From: Nitrospirota bacterium
GTDB taxonomy: Bacteria; Nitrospirota; UBA9217
DNA: 64,000 nucleotides
Direction of reading: 5' to 3'
NCBI GenBank assembly: GCA_963740085.1
Contig: CAVUCU010000004.1
Location: forward strand, 224,001 to 288,000
The notes under the pieces are model-generated. The model was given only the letters and a program-made list of their open reading frames with translations. It ran no database searches and was not told the DNA's origin. How positions within the stretch are numbered: the stretch's first letter is position 1; every line of letters begins with the position of its first letter. Positions 30,270-40,683 of the stretch are shown here, one piece after another. The position numbers and the translations under genes are program-made.

Positions 30270-31890
30270 TCGCAGTACCTTGAGCCGCAGATTGATCGTC
30301 GCGGTCGCATGCATGGCGGTCTTCTTCTCACCTGGGGCCAATGCATGGTGCGGGGAAATTGCTCAAGAGCTTCTTAAAGAAATAGAAAGCAATGGTCCAA
30401 TCCATGAGTATGCGGTCATTATCAAATTGAGGGGCGTCGTCGGCTACCAGTCGCTCAAGGCATCTGTCGAACAGATGGCTCGCCACGAGCGGGTAAAAAA
30501 AGTGGTCCAGGAAATCAAGGCTGCGACCGACAGATCGCAGCAGAATTTGCGGTCGCATCTCGTCAACCAGGAAACGCTTGGCAAGGTAAGGAACGTAAAG
30601 CACTTCTGGATAGTCAACGGAATAGCCGTAACAGCAACGCCGGAGGCCATAAAAGAACTGGCGTCGCGGGCTGATGTTGAGGAAATTGTGCCGGACAGGA
30701 TCATCACCCTCGGCGCACCGGCCGTTGCTTCCAGCGCGGCTCCTGCTGGATGGAACCTGGACAGGATCGGGGTCCATCCTCTCTGGAACGCGGGATACAC
30801 AGGGCAGGGCGTAGTGGTCGCCACCATGGATACGGGAGTTGATATCAATCAACCTGAACTTGCATCGAAATGGCGTGGAGGAGTGAACAGCTGGTTCGAT
30901 CCCAGCGGAGAACACGGGACCCCCGCTGATGTGAGCGGCCACGGGACCCAGACCATGGGCATCATATTGGCGGGGAATACAGTGGACCATCTCATCGGTG
31001 TTGCTCCTGATGCTAAATGGATTGCGGCCAAGATATTTAATGATGCAGGTGTATCTTTTTCCAGCATCACGCATCAGGCATTTCAGTGGGTCCTCGACCC
31101 TGACGGAGACCCGAATACGAACGACGCTCCCGATATTGTTAACTGCTCCTGGGACCTGAGCAGCAGCGGGACTGTCACCGTTGTGAACCTGGAGTTCCAG
31201 CCTGACGTTCAGGCACTTCAGGCAGCAGGCATTGCGGTCGTCTTTTCAGCGGGCAATGCCGGGCCGCTTTCAAATACTTCGGTCAGTCCGGCGAACTATC
31301 CGGAATCGTTCTCGGTTGGAATGACGGACAGTACGGACATGATAGACCCGCGGAGCAGCAGAGGGCCGTCGGCATTCGACGGAACATCTCTCTATCCGAC
31401 GGTGGTTGCCCCCGGGGCCGGTGTTACGACGACTGACCTCTGGTTCGGCTCAGCGGACCTGAGCACCGTAACGGTGAACGGGTCATCATTTTCCGCTCCC
31501 CACGTTGCGGGCGCAATGGCGCTGCTGCTGTCAAGCAACCCGACCCTGACTGCCGGGCAGATGGAGGACGCGATAAAGCCGACTGCCTGGGACCTCGGAA
31601 CTACGGGGCCTGACAATGATTATGGGTACGGATTTCTGGATGTAGAACGGGCGGCAAGACAATTGAATATTCTGCAGCCGGGCTCAGTCGGTGATGTGGA
31701 CGGCAACGGAGCGCTGGATCTGAATGACGTTTTAATTGATTTAAGGGCGGCGGTCGGGTTTCCGACGAGCACTGTTGAAATGGACAGGATCAAAGCCAGA
31801 GGTGATGTATATCCTCCCGGCGCGCCGGATAATATGATCACGCCGGCGGACGCGCTGACGCTTCTCCGCATGTACGTGGGGGCACACTAA
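30235..31890 (+). CDS. Subtilisin-like S8 serine protease with I9-like propeptide and C-terminal dockerin
   Basis: Triad motifs MDTGV, GHGTQTMG, GSSFSAPHVAG; oxyanion AGN; GDVDGNGALDLNDVL..GDVYPPGAPDNMITPADAL; start codon uncertain. Confidence 0.88.
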   Translation: MRSASRISLFSNRSTLSRRLIVAVACMAVFFSPGANAWCGEIAQELLKEIESNGPIHEYAVIIKLRGVVGYQSLKASVEQMARHERVKKVVQEIKAATDRSQQNLRSHLVNQETLGKVRNVKHFWIVNGIAVTATPEAIKELASRADVEEIVPDRIITLGAPAVASSAAPAGWNLDRIGVHPLWNAGYTGQGVVVATMDTGVDINQPELASKWRGGVNSWFDPSGEHGTPADVSGHGTQTMGIILAGNTVDHLIGVAPDAKWIAAKIFNDAGVSFSSITHQAFQWVLDPDGDPNTNDAPDIVNCSWDLSSSGTVTVVNLEFQPDVQALQAAGIAVVFSAGNAGPLSNTSVSPANYPESFSVGMTDSTDMIDPRSSRGPSAFDGTSLYPTVVAPGAGVTTTDLWFGSADLSTVTVNGSSFSAPHVAGAMALLLSSNPTLTAGQMEDAIKPTAWDLGTTGPDNDYGYGFLDVERAARQLNILQPGSVGDVDGNGALDLNDVLIDLRAAVGFPTSTVEMDRIKARGDVYPPGAPDNMITPADALTLLRMYVGAH

Positions 31891-31975
31891 GGGAATGATC
31901 CGTTGAAACGGTTAGTCTGCAAAACTGTTAAATGAGCAAATAAAATAATTTATCGCGATGAAGGAGGAACATCAA

Positions 31976-32809
31976 ATGAAAAAGAGATTCAGTGTTTACG
32001 TCATGATGTTTGCAGCAATTACGTTTCTGTTCGCAGCCTGCGGCCGTGATCATGGGGACAACGGAACGCCGGTCGATCTGACTAAAGCCTCAACAGTAAC
32101 CGTTACCTCGGACAAGAGGATCGCCCTGGCGAACGGCAGTGAAAATATAACCCTGACCGCGCTGGTGACCAACGCGAGCGGCAGTGCGCTGTCTGGAACA
32201 GCGATATCATTTGGGATCACGGCGGGAACAGGCACGTTACAAAACGCGGCTGCTACGACGGACGCATTGGGTAACGCTACGGTGCAAGTGAACAGGGGTC
32301 CCATTGCCGCCCCGCTGACAAAAGAGGATGTGGTCATCACTGCTACGGCCGATGGCGTTTCGGGTTCTAAAACGGTCAGGTTCATCAATCTGCCCGCCTC
32401 TGCAGCGATTGAAGTCGCGCTCACTAAAACGGTCTCGGACCTGGCGTGGTTGACATTCGACATCATCAGCGCTCCAACGCAAACGCCGCCAATATTCTTG
32501 CAATTGGCTGCCATAGGCTCCGCGAATACTCCGCCGTATGTTAATGGGGTAAATACCTTGACGTGGCAGGCTGACCCTACCGCTCCCACGTATGCGATCA
32601 TTACCTCTCTGATCCCGGGTTTCACTGCAACCGCTAATAGTGCTATCGTGGGAATTACGTATAACATCGATTCGACCATAAAAGAGCTGCCGGTCTTTTC
32701 AGTGGGGCCGAATCATATCACCGCCAATAATTCGGGCGGATTTCCCATACTCCCGACACTGAACCAGGTAGATATTTCTGCAACGACGGTCTTTGACACA
32801 GAATTATAG
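31976..32809 (+). CDS. Lipoprotein with Big_1 Ig-like domain and cohesin-like C-terminal domain (copy 1)
   Basis: Lipobox FAAC; ANG...TLTALVTNASG.....I.F..T....TTDALGNATV; C-terminal beta domain whose cohesin assignment is inferred. Confidence 0.65.
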   Translation: MKKRFSVYVMMFAAITFLFAACGRDHGDNGTPVDLTKASTVTVTSDKRIALANGSENITLTALVTNASGSALSGTAISFGITAGTGTLQNAAATTDALGNATVQVNRGPIAAPLTKEDVVITATADGVSGSKTVRFINLPASAAIEVALTKTVSDLAWLTFDIISAPTQTPPIFLQLAAIGSANTPPYVNGVNTLTWQADPTAPTYAIITSLIPGFTATANSAIVGITYNIDSTIKELPVFSVGPNHITANNSGGFPILPTLNQVDISATTVFDTEL

Positions 32810-32911
32810 TTACTCCCGGGTCGCGTACGCCGTCGCATGATCGGTCGACGGTGTGCGCTTCTCAGGGTTTTATTGCCATGTATTTTTTGTCCGGCTATTG
32901 GAGGTAGTATC

Positions 32912-34195
32912 TTGAAAATTAAGTCACTGTTCTTCGTTGTTTGCTTCTCGTTGTTTTTATCGTGCTGGCTGTCTCCGGAGGCTGTCGCGTCGCCCAGCGT
33001 GACCATTGCCCCCGCGTCCGACAGTGTTTATGCGGTTATGGGGAACGATTTTTCAGACGCCTCGGGCATGGATATCACCATTCGCTACGATCCCTCTGCG
33101 CTGGCCGCTCCCCAGGTCGTGCAAGGAGGTCTTATCGGCGGGGCCCTCATGGCTATCAATGCCTCAACACCGGGAATGATCCGCCTGGCGCTCGTCCGTG
33201 TTACGGCGATCAAAGGGTCTGGAGCGATCGCAACGATAACCTTTACCCGTTTGAAGAGCACCGGTGCGGACATCCTGTCCCTCGTTTCCTCGGCAATAAA
33301 CACTGCGGGCCAAAGCATCCCGGTAACGTCACAGGTGGTGAATTCCGTGAAGACAGCGGACAGCGGCGCATCAACAACGGACCAAAAAACCGGGCAATCG
33401 ACAGCAGGGACCTCTCCGTCGTCGGAGTCCGGAACTCCCGGTACAACGGCAACAGCGCCGACGGGAATAGCAGGGATAGTGGTTCCCTTGCCGGGCGCAC
33501 CCGCCTCCGAGGTCCAGAGCGCAAGTTCTTCAACGGGTCAGCCCGCTCCTGATGAACAGCAGCCCGCCACTGATGAGATCGTTTCCCCTGAAGCAGCCAA
33601 AGAATCACCAGGTGAAAAGGCCGGCAAACCGGAGCTCAAGAAAGTCAAGATGTTTCCCAGTGTTCTGGAAAAATTCAGGGATTTTAAGGGCGCGAAGACA
33701 CCTGAGGCACTTATGGCTTTGTTCGATGTGCGGGATAACAATCCGCAACAAGACCCGCCTATCGTCCTTTCGAACGGCAAGGCTACGGTTAAAATCGTCC
33801 TTGAACTCGATTCCCAGGGAAAGAATAACAATTTTCTGCTTGATGGCGCAAGCCTGGTTTCTCTGAAAAAAAAGGAGAAGCATTTCTGGACCGTGGAACT
33901 TTTGCCGGATTCGAGGACCTATGAAGCGACAGTCAGCGTGCCCCGGAACGATCAGTGGTCCGTTATCCCCTTGACCGTTGCCCCGCCCATGGATGTCAAC
34001 ATAGACCCATCCTCCAGCAGACTGACCGAAGCGGATTTTAAAATGTATCTCAAGGAAAAGGGGACCGCCAAGACCCCCCGTTTTGACCTGAACAAAGACG
34101 GACGGCGCGATTACATTGATGATTATATTTTTACGGCCAATTATATCGTTCAACGTGACAGTCATTCGAAGAAGGAGATGAAGGTCCGAAAGTAA
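32912..34195 (+). CDS. Secreted cohesin-domain protein with S/T/P linker and C-terminal EF-hand/dockerin-like loop
   Basis: GAGG RBS plus TTG; SGMDITIRYDPSAL...GMIRLALV....GSGAIATITF; FDLNKDGRRDYIDD. Confidence 0.75.
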   Translation: MKIKSLFFVVCFSLFLSCWLSPEAVASPSVTIAPASDSVYAVMGNDFSDASGMDITIRYDPSALAAPQVVQGGLIGGALMAINASTPGMIRLALVRVTAIKGSGAIATITFTRLKSTGADILSLVSSAINTAGQSIPVTSQVVNSVKTADSGASTTDQKTGQSTAGTSPSSESGTPGTTATAPTGIAGIVVPLPGAPASEVQSASSSTGQPAPDEQQPATDEIVSPEAAKESPGEKAGKPELKKVKMFPSVLEKFRDFKGAKTPEALMALFDVRDNNPQQDPPIVLSNGKATVKIVLELDSQGKNNNFLLDGASLVSLKKKEKHFWTVELLPDSRTYEATVSVPRNDQWSVIPLTVAPPMDVNIDPSSSRLTEADFKMYLKEKGTAKTPRFDLNKDGRRDYIDDYIFTANYIVQRDSHSKKEMKVRK

Positions 34196-34523
34196 CATTT
34201 GTCCCGCGTGCCGAAAACCGTAACGAGGGGGTGGGACATCATGGGAATTGAACTACTCTGGAGCCTGTTATGCTCACCCTGTCGAATTTCGGCAGGGTCA
34301 CGAGTGGTTCCCATAATCTTTTGCAGAGAAGGGGTCTGTTGAGGTCATATTTTATCATGGAGTTGCTTCCGATCTGCTTTGTTGCCCCTCATGCTATTTC
34401 CATAGATTGCGATCTGATATTTCTTCCAAAATTCACGGGCAGCATCACGGTATTATTTATAAAGAAGATCATCGATCAGGACGCAATTCCTGGTCCAGGT
34501 CTTCTTGCCTGTCGGGGTGGCTC

Positions 34524-35111
34524 ATGATAATAAAAACGGTCCGGATCTTTGTCTGCATGGTCGCGATACTGTTCATGCCATTGACCGGGGCCCTGAATCG
34601 TGCGCTGGCTGATGAACAGGGTTATCAGCGAAGCGTAGAGCAATACACAGTACCCGATGTCGTTCTCGTGAACCAGAACGGAGCGAAGGTCCGTCTTAAG
34701 GACCTTCTGCAAACCGACACGCCGGTGGTCCTGGATTTCATATTCGGGACCTGTACGACCATCTGTCCCATCCTTTCGGCCGGGTACGTCAACTTGCAGC
34801 ATAAGCTCGGCCCGGATTCCCGGGCGATCCGGCTCGTTTCGATCTCCATCGATCCGGAACATGATACACCGAAGGTCATGAACGCGTATCTGAAACGGTT
34901 TCGTGCGAAGCCGGGATGGGATTTTCTGACCGGCTCCCGTGAAGATATCGACAAGGTGATGACGGCGTTCGGCGCTTACATTCAGAACAAGATGTCGCAT
35001 TACCCGTTGACGCTGATCCGCTCCCCTGAGGACGGCTCATGGATCAGGCTCTTCGGCCTCATGAGCACCGCGGAATTTATGAACGAGGTCCAGAAGGTAA
35101 AGAAGAAATGA
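34524..35111 (+). CDS. SCO/SenC copper chaperone (copy 1)
   Basis: LVNQNG, DFIFGTCTTICP (CxxxC), SISIDPEHDTP, W.FLTG, conserved His (MSHYP). Confidence 0.9.
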   Translation: MIIKTVRIFVCMVAILFMPLTGALNRALADEQGYQRSVEQYTVPDVVLVNQNGAKVRLKDLLQTDTPVVLDFIFGTCTTICPILSAGYVNLQHKLGPDSRAIRLVSISIDPEHDTPKVMNAYLKRFRAKPGWDFLTGSREDIDKVMTAFGAYIQNKMSHYPLTLIRSPEDGSWIRLFGLMSTAEFMNEVQKVKKK

Positions 35112-36815
35112 TCGGTGAACGGGGGAAAAAGAAGCATCGCGGTGAGCAGATCGTCCTGCACGCAGGGGTCCTTTGCCTGACACTTCTTTTCTGTGCAGCC
35201 TTCGCTCTTGCAGCCGAAAAACCAGGTGCTGATGCCGCCCATTCGCAGCGCGAGATCCTTCAACTGGGGGAGCGGATGTATCGCGAGGGGCTTCTGCCCT
35301 CCGGAGAGCCGATGCAGGCATTTGTAAAAGGAGACCTCCCCGTTTCGGGGACGACCTTTACCTGTGTAACCTGTCATCAGCGCAGCGGGCTTGGATCGAC
35401 CGAAGGGGGTGTTGATACGCCTGCCACGAACGGCCCCGAACTCTTGAAGCCATTTCAGATGCGCTATGCACGTTACGGTATGAACAAATCAACCTATTTC
35501 CAAATACCCATCGAGCGGCCGGCATATACCGATGAAACACTGGCAGAAGCGATCCGGGGCGGCGTCGATTCCCGGGGGCGGGTCCTCGATTATGTCATGC
35601 CTCGTTACCTGCTTGATGATGAGGACATGGCGATCATGATCTTCTACCTGAAGTCACTTTCAACGCATATTTCACCCGGCATTTCAGACACGACCTTCAA
35701 GTTTGCGACCGTCATGACGGATGACGTCAGCCAGGAAGACCGCGATGCGGAGCTCGCCCCTTTGGTAAATTTTATCAATATCAGGAACAATCATTCAGCA
35801 TTTTTAAAAAAACTATCCAACAGCGGAAAACTGCGTATGGCTGGAAATTTGATGCCTCCCCCCACACAGGCGATATCGTTATCGATATGGTTGTTGAAAG
35901 GTCCACCGGAAACGTGGCGCAGCCAGTTGGAGGAGTACAATCGCAAGGAGCCGGTATTCGCCCTGATCGGCGGAATAACAAAAGGGGAATGGAAGCCGAT
36001 CCACCAGTTCAGTGAGGACAACCACATCCCGTGTCTTTTTCCCAACACCGATTTTCCGGTGATTTCACGGACCGACTGGTACACCTATGTACCTGTCAAA
36101 AGGGTACTACCAGGAGGGCGAGGCTGCTGCCCACTATCTCAACAACAAGGGGGAGCTCTTGAAGGGCGGGCCGATCGTCCAGATCGTTCGCGATTCGCGC
36201 GAGGGGCGGGCGCTCTCAATGGGATTTCAGGAGACCTGGCGGAATCTCGGGCATGAAGCGTTGGTGACGCTCATCCTGAAACCGGGGGAAAAACTGACCG
36301 AGGACGTTATACAGAAATTGCTGGCAAAGAAGAAGGCCAGAGCTGTCGTCCTCTGGGATGGCTCCGCGGCGCCGTCGGAGCTGGAAACGCTGGCAACGGT
36401 CAAGAACAGGCCGGAGATGGTTTTCGTTTCTTCAAGCTATCTCGGCAAGGATCTGTGGTCGCTGAAAGAACAGGTCCGCGATTTCACTTACGTAACGTAT
36501 CCTTTCAGGTTGCAGGACAAGCTTGATCAATGGGACTCCTCGCTGGTCCTTTCAGCCAACATAACGAAAGAAGCGAATGCAGCATATTCCATTCAAGAGA
36601 TATTGACCCAGGCACTCATAGATATGAAAGGTAATTATTACCGCGACAATTTTCTGGATGTTATCGGGATGATGGATGATCTGGAGGTCCCCTTGTATGA
36701 ACGCCTCAGTTTCGGCCCGGGACAGCGCTACGCCTCGAAGGGGTGTTACATCGTTCAGCTCTCAAAGGGAGAAAAACCCGAACTCGTCAGGAAAAGTGAC
36801 TGGGTAATTCATTGA
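35108..36815 (+). CDS. Monoheme cytochrome c fused to a periplasmic-binding-protein-like domain (copy 1); +1 indel at about 36087
   Basis: CVTCH, VMPRY (possible axial Met); continues in ORF 36087..36815; paralogue 2 reads accttgtac where this copy reads acctatgtac. Confidence 0.78.
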
Positions 36816-36828
36816 AAGGAGGTCAGGA

Positions 36829-37407
36829 GTGATGCGGAGCAAATTCCTGGGCATGGTGCCGGTTCTGGTCTTTTTTACGATGATGCTTATCGGGAGACCG
36901 GCTGTCGCCGCGGGGGAATCCTACGAGCGGACCCTGGAAAGTTATACTGTGCCGGATGTTGTGCTGGTTAATCAGGATGGGGTCAAGGTTCACCTGAGGG
37001 AACTCCTGCAGTCGAAGGATCCGGTCATTCTGGATTTCATCTTCGGCACCTGCACGACCATCTGCCCGATATTGTCGTCAAGTTTCGCCAACCTGCAGAA
37101 TAAGCTGGGCGCCGCTTCCCGGAAAGTTCATCTGGTATCCATAACCATTGATCCGGAGCACGACTCACCAAGGGTCATGAAGGAGTACCTGAAGCGATAT
37201 CGCGCAAAACCCGGATGGGATTTTTTGACCGGATCGCGCTCGGATATTGACAAGGTGATGGCTGCATTCAACGCCTCTATTCCCAGCAAGATGTCCCATT
37301 ATCCGCTGACACTGATCCATTCTCCGGGAGACGGCAAATGGATCAGGATCTTCGGGCTGATGGGGAGCGCTGAATTCATGAGCGAGTGCCGGAAGGTGGG
37401 GATATGA
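36829..37407 (+). CDS. SCO/SenC copper chaperone (copy 2)
   Basis: DFIFGTCTTICP, ITIDPEHDSP, MSHYP. Confidence 0.9.
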   Translation: MMRSKFLGMVPVLVFFTMMLIGRPAVAAGESYERTLESYTVPDVVLVNQDGVKVHLRELLQSKDPVILDFIFGTCTTICPILSSSFANLQNKLGAASRKVHLVSITIDPEHDSPRVMKEYLKRYRAKPGWDFLTGSRSDIDKVMAAFNASIPSKMSHYPLTLIHSPGDGKWIRIFGLMGSAEFMSECRKVGI

Positions 37408-39086
37408 TGAAAGGTCCGAACAGTAACCGGCTGGGCAATTGTATTATACTGTTCGCAGTTCTCTGCGTGGCGGCCCTTCAGCTTTTCGTAGTGCTGCCAA
37501 ACTCGTTCGGCGAACCGCTTAAGCCTTCTCTTTCGCCGGAAGAGAAGCTTCGGTTGGGAGAACGGATGTATCGAGAAGGTGTCCTGCCATCGGGTGAACC
37601 GATGCAGGCATTCGTAAAAGGAGACGTCCCTGTTCCTGGGACTGCTTTTACCTGTGTAAGTTGTCATCTGCGGAGCGGGCTCGGATCTTTTGAAGGGGGC
37701 GTTTACACGCCTGCCACGAACGGGGCTAAACTCTTCAATCCGCTCCAACTGACCTATGTACGATTCGACCGGCCGGCGTACACCGATAAAACACTGGCTG
37801 ACGCGATCCGGGGTGGCGTCGATCCCCGGGGACGGGTCCTCGATTATGTCATGCCTCGTTACCTGCTGGATGATGAGGACATGGCGATCATGATATTCTA
37901 CCTGAAGTCGCTCTCGTCACAATTTTCACCCGGGATCTCGGAGACGAACCTTCATTTGGCAACGGTCATGACCGATGATGTGAGCCAGAAAGATCGTGAT
38001 GCGATGTTTGTGTCTTTGCTGGGTATCATTGGTTCCAGGAACCAATATGCAAGGTTGAAAAGCCGGCAGAGCGTCCTCGGCAAAGGGCAATTAGTCCTGA
38101 TGTCGGATGACATGATGAACTCATTTGACCAAATTATATCGCTCTCGCCCTGGCTCCTGAAAGGTCCACCGGAGACGTGGCGCAGCCAGTTGGAGGAGTA
38201 CAATCGCAAGGAGCCGGTATTCGCCCTGATCGGCGGAATAACAAAAGGGGAATGGAAACCGATCCACCAGTTCAGTGAGGACAACCACATCCCGTGTCTT
38301 TTTCCCAACACCGATTTTCCGGTAATTTCACGGACCGACTGGTACACCTTGTACCTTTCAAAAGGGTACTACCAGGAGGGCGAGGCTGCTGCCCACTATC
38401 TCAACAACAAGGGGGAGCTCTTGAAGGGCGGGCCGATCGTCCAGATCGTTCGCGATTCGCGCGAGGGGCGGGCGCTCTCAATGGGATTTCAGGAGACCTG
38501 GCGGGATCTCGGGCATGAAGCGTTGGTGACGCTCATCCTGAAGCCGGGGGAAAAACTGACCAAGGATGTCAAACAGCTGCTGGCAAAGGACAAGCCTGGA
38601 GCTGTCGTCCTCTGGGATGGCTCCGCGGCGCCGTCGGAGCTGGAAACGCTGGCAACGGTCAAGAACAGGCCGGAGATGGTTTTCGTTTCTTCGAGCTATC
38701 TCGGCAAGGATCTGTGGTCGCTGAAAGAACAGGTCCGCGACTTCACTTACATAACGTATCCTTTCAGATTGCCGCCGTCGCCCACGGAGATGATAAATCC
38801 CTCTGACCCGTGGTACTATTTAAAAGGAAATACAACGAAAGAAGCTAATCAGGCGTATATCATCTCTCAAGTATTCAACATGGCGATCATGGATATGAGA
38901 AGGAATTATTACCGCGACAATTTTCTCGACGTTATCGGGATGATACCGGATACGGAGGTCCCCTTGTATGAACACATCAGTTTCGGTCCTGGACAGCGCT
39001 ACGTCTCGAAGGGATGTTATATCGTTCAGCTCTCAAAGGGAGAAAAACCCGTACTCATCAGAAAAAGTGACTGGGTAATTCAGTAG
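37404..39086 (+). CDS. Monoheme cytochrome c plus periplasmic-binding-protein-like domain (copy 2)
   Basis: CVSCH, VMPRY, PVFALIGG, SFGPGQRY.SKGCYIVQL; ATGA overlap with SCO. Confidence 0.8.
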   Translation: MMKGPNSNRLGNCIILFAVLCVAALQLFVVLPNSFGEPLKPSLSPEEKLRLGERMYREGVLPSGEPMQAFVKGDVPVPGTAFTCVSCHLRSGLGSFEGGVYTPATNGAKLFNPLQLTYVRFDRPAYTDKTLADAIRGGVDPRGRVLDYVMPRYLLDDEDMAIMIFYLKSLSSQFSPGISETNLHLATVMTDDVSQKDRDAMFVSLLGIIGSRNQYARLKSRQSVLGKGQLVLMSDDMMNSFDQIISLSPWLLKGPPETWRSQLEEYNRKEPVFALIGGITKGEWKPIHQFSEDNHIPCLFPNTDFPVISRTDWYTLYLSKGYYQEGEAAAHYLNNKGELLKGGPIVQIVRDSREGRALSMGFQETWRDLGHEALVTLILKPGEKLTKDVKQLLAKDKPGAVVLWDGSAAPSELETLATVKNRPEMVFVSSSYLGKDLWSLKEQVRDFTYITYPFRLPPSPTEMINPSDPWYYLKGNTTKEANQAYIISQVFNMAIMDMRRNYYRDNFLDVIGMIPDTEVPLYEHISFGPGQRYVSKGCYIVQLSKGEKPVLIRKSDWVIQ

Positions 39087-39135
39087 TAAAGAAACTGCCC
39101 ACCGCTCGTCCGGACAAACAATTTTGGAGAGAAAG

Positions 39136-39867
39136 ATGAACAGGGTTGTCTTAATGGTAATGATCTTTTTAGCAATCGCATCTGCGGCGCAGGCTAAAAA
39201 CCAGTTTTACGGTGATCAAGAGCTTAGTATGCTGAGTGAAGGGTACAAGCTGTTCATTAGCGACAACATTATTAATACCGTTGATAAAATAGAGCGCGGC
39301 GCAGACGCTCGCACCGCTTACTGTACCGGCGCTGATGAAAAAACTGCAAAGCATATCGGCGATATAAGCGTGGTGCGCTCGGATAACCGTTTGCGGATCA
39401 GTGGGAATACAAAGATATCCTACTCTGCTGCTTGCAACACGTATTACTCTGTTGTTGAACGTTTAAAGACTGCTGATGATATCAGGAGGCTCTGGTTGTT
39501 ATTTGCCGATTCTGGAACGGACGGTTATGCGGCAGAAACCATTAAAAAACACGGTGTAAATGAAGACCCCAGTGCTTTAATTGAGTTGAGGCGGTTGGAA
39601 GTTGTTTCCAAGTATATCGAATTTTTTACAAACAATAAAGACTGGAAACTTACGGAGTATACCTTTCTGTCGCAAGCCTTTAAGGCACGGAAAGATAAAC
39701 CGTTATCTCCTGTCTTTGCACAATTCATCTCGGCGTTGTTAACAGGTGATGCGGAGAAGGCGTTCCGAGTCCTAAAATCGATTGATCTTGATGATCTTGG
39801 CAGCCGTTTTATTCCACCGGTTTCAAGTGACGGCCTGAAGCCCAGCGGGGCAGACCCGCACGAGTAG
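39136..39867 (+). CDS. Secreted hypothetical protein (lower GC than flanks)
   Basis: GGAG RBS; signal peptide ending AAQA. Confidence 0.6.
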   Translation: MNRVVLMVMIFLAIASAAQAKNQFYGDQELSMLSEGYKLFISDNIINTVDKIERGADARTAYCTGADEKTAKHIGDISVVRSDNRLRISGNTKISYSAACNTYYSVVERLKTADDIRRLWLLFADSGTDGYAAETIKKHGVNEDPSALIELRRLEVVSKYIEFFTNNKDWKLTEYTFLSQAFKARKDKPLSPVFAQFISALLTGDAEKAFRVLKSIDLDDLGSRFIPPVSSDGLKPSGADPHE

Positions 39868-39931
39868 CATGCCGGGAGTGCAACCTATAGTTCACCTCTC
39901 CGACAACCCGCATCTCCTCATGAAAGGATAT

Positions 39932-40336
39932 ATGTCGATTTTTCGCAGCTCTGTCAGATTTCTTATATTGTCGGTGGTTGTTTCGGCCCTTGCCCTGAGC
40001 CTTGCTTCAGGAGCTGGGGTGGCACAGGTCGCGTCACAATACGACGCGACGCTCAAGCAAATGCTTGATGCGGTCCAGGAGAAATCATACGAGCCGTTCG
40101 TGGCCAGAGGAGACCTGAGATTCAAAAACGGTTTTACCACGACGATGTTCGATGAACTGTCCCGGCAGCTCGCGCCGAGGCTTCGGCAGGGTTATTCCAT
40201 GACATTCCTTACCACCCTGCGCCAGCGGGACTACCTGGTCTATGTCTGGAAACTTGCGTTTAAGGACGGCAAGGATGACTTTCTTGTCAACATGGCTATT
40301 AAAGACGGAAAAATCACCGGCTTTATTACCCGGTGA
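39932..40336 (+). CDS. Exported hypothetical protein
   Basis: AAGGA RBS; hydrophobic leader; small alpha/beta domain. Confidence 0.6.
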   Translation: MSIFRSSVRFLILSVVVSALALSLASGAGVAQVASQYDATLKQMLDAVQEKSYEPFVARGDLRFKNGFTTTMFDELSRQLAPRLRQGYSMTFLTTLRQRDYLVYVWKLAFKDGKDDFLVNMAIKDGKITGFITR

Positions 40337-40572
40337 TGGTGATTAAGTACCGGTCCCATCCGATATTCGTCCGCTCCGCTGGATGTCTGGAACTTCAAAA
40401 GGTCGGAATTTGAAGGTATCCTGACGCTCAGTTCATCTAAAAAATGAGATGCATTGGGTTTAAATGCATACCTGGTTAAAAAAGACCATTCAAAATGGAC
40501 CTGTTCCCTTTCCTCATCTCTTTCCTTCCGTATAACGCATTGTAATCATAAATGTCTTGAATAGGCTTTAGT

Positions 40573-40589
40573 TGGGCATTACTCTTGCA
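40573..40589 (+). promoter_or_regulatory. Sigma-54 (-24/-12) promoter of the second MCO/dockerin unit
   Basis: tgGGcattactcttGCa = GG-N10-GC. Confidence 0.65.
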
Positions 40590-40683
40590 AACAATAAGCC
40601 GGATAAAAGAAGATTAAAGGTCCGCCGATGCCAATAACCTTCAACCAAGTCTCAGGTGTGACGGCTTGAGAAAGGAAATTCCT

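Noticed and set aside
20478-34195. A true cellulosome for polysaccharide degradation
   Set aside because: No recognisable glycoside hydrolase or CBM and no multi-cohesin scaffoldin; dockerin carriers are oxidase subunits, a protease and a beta-helix protein.
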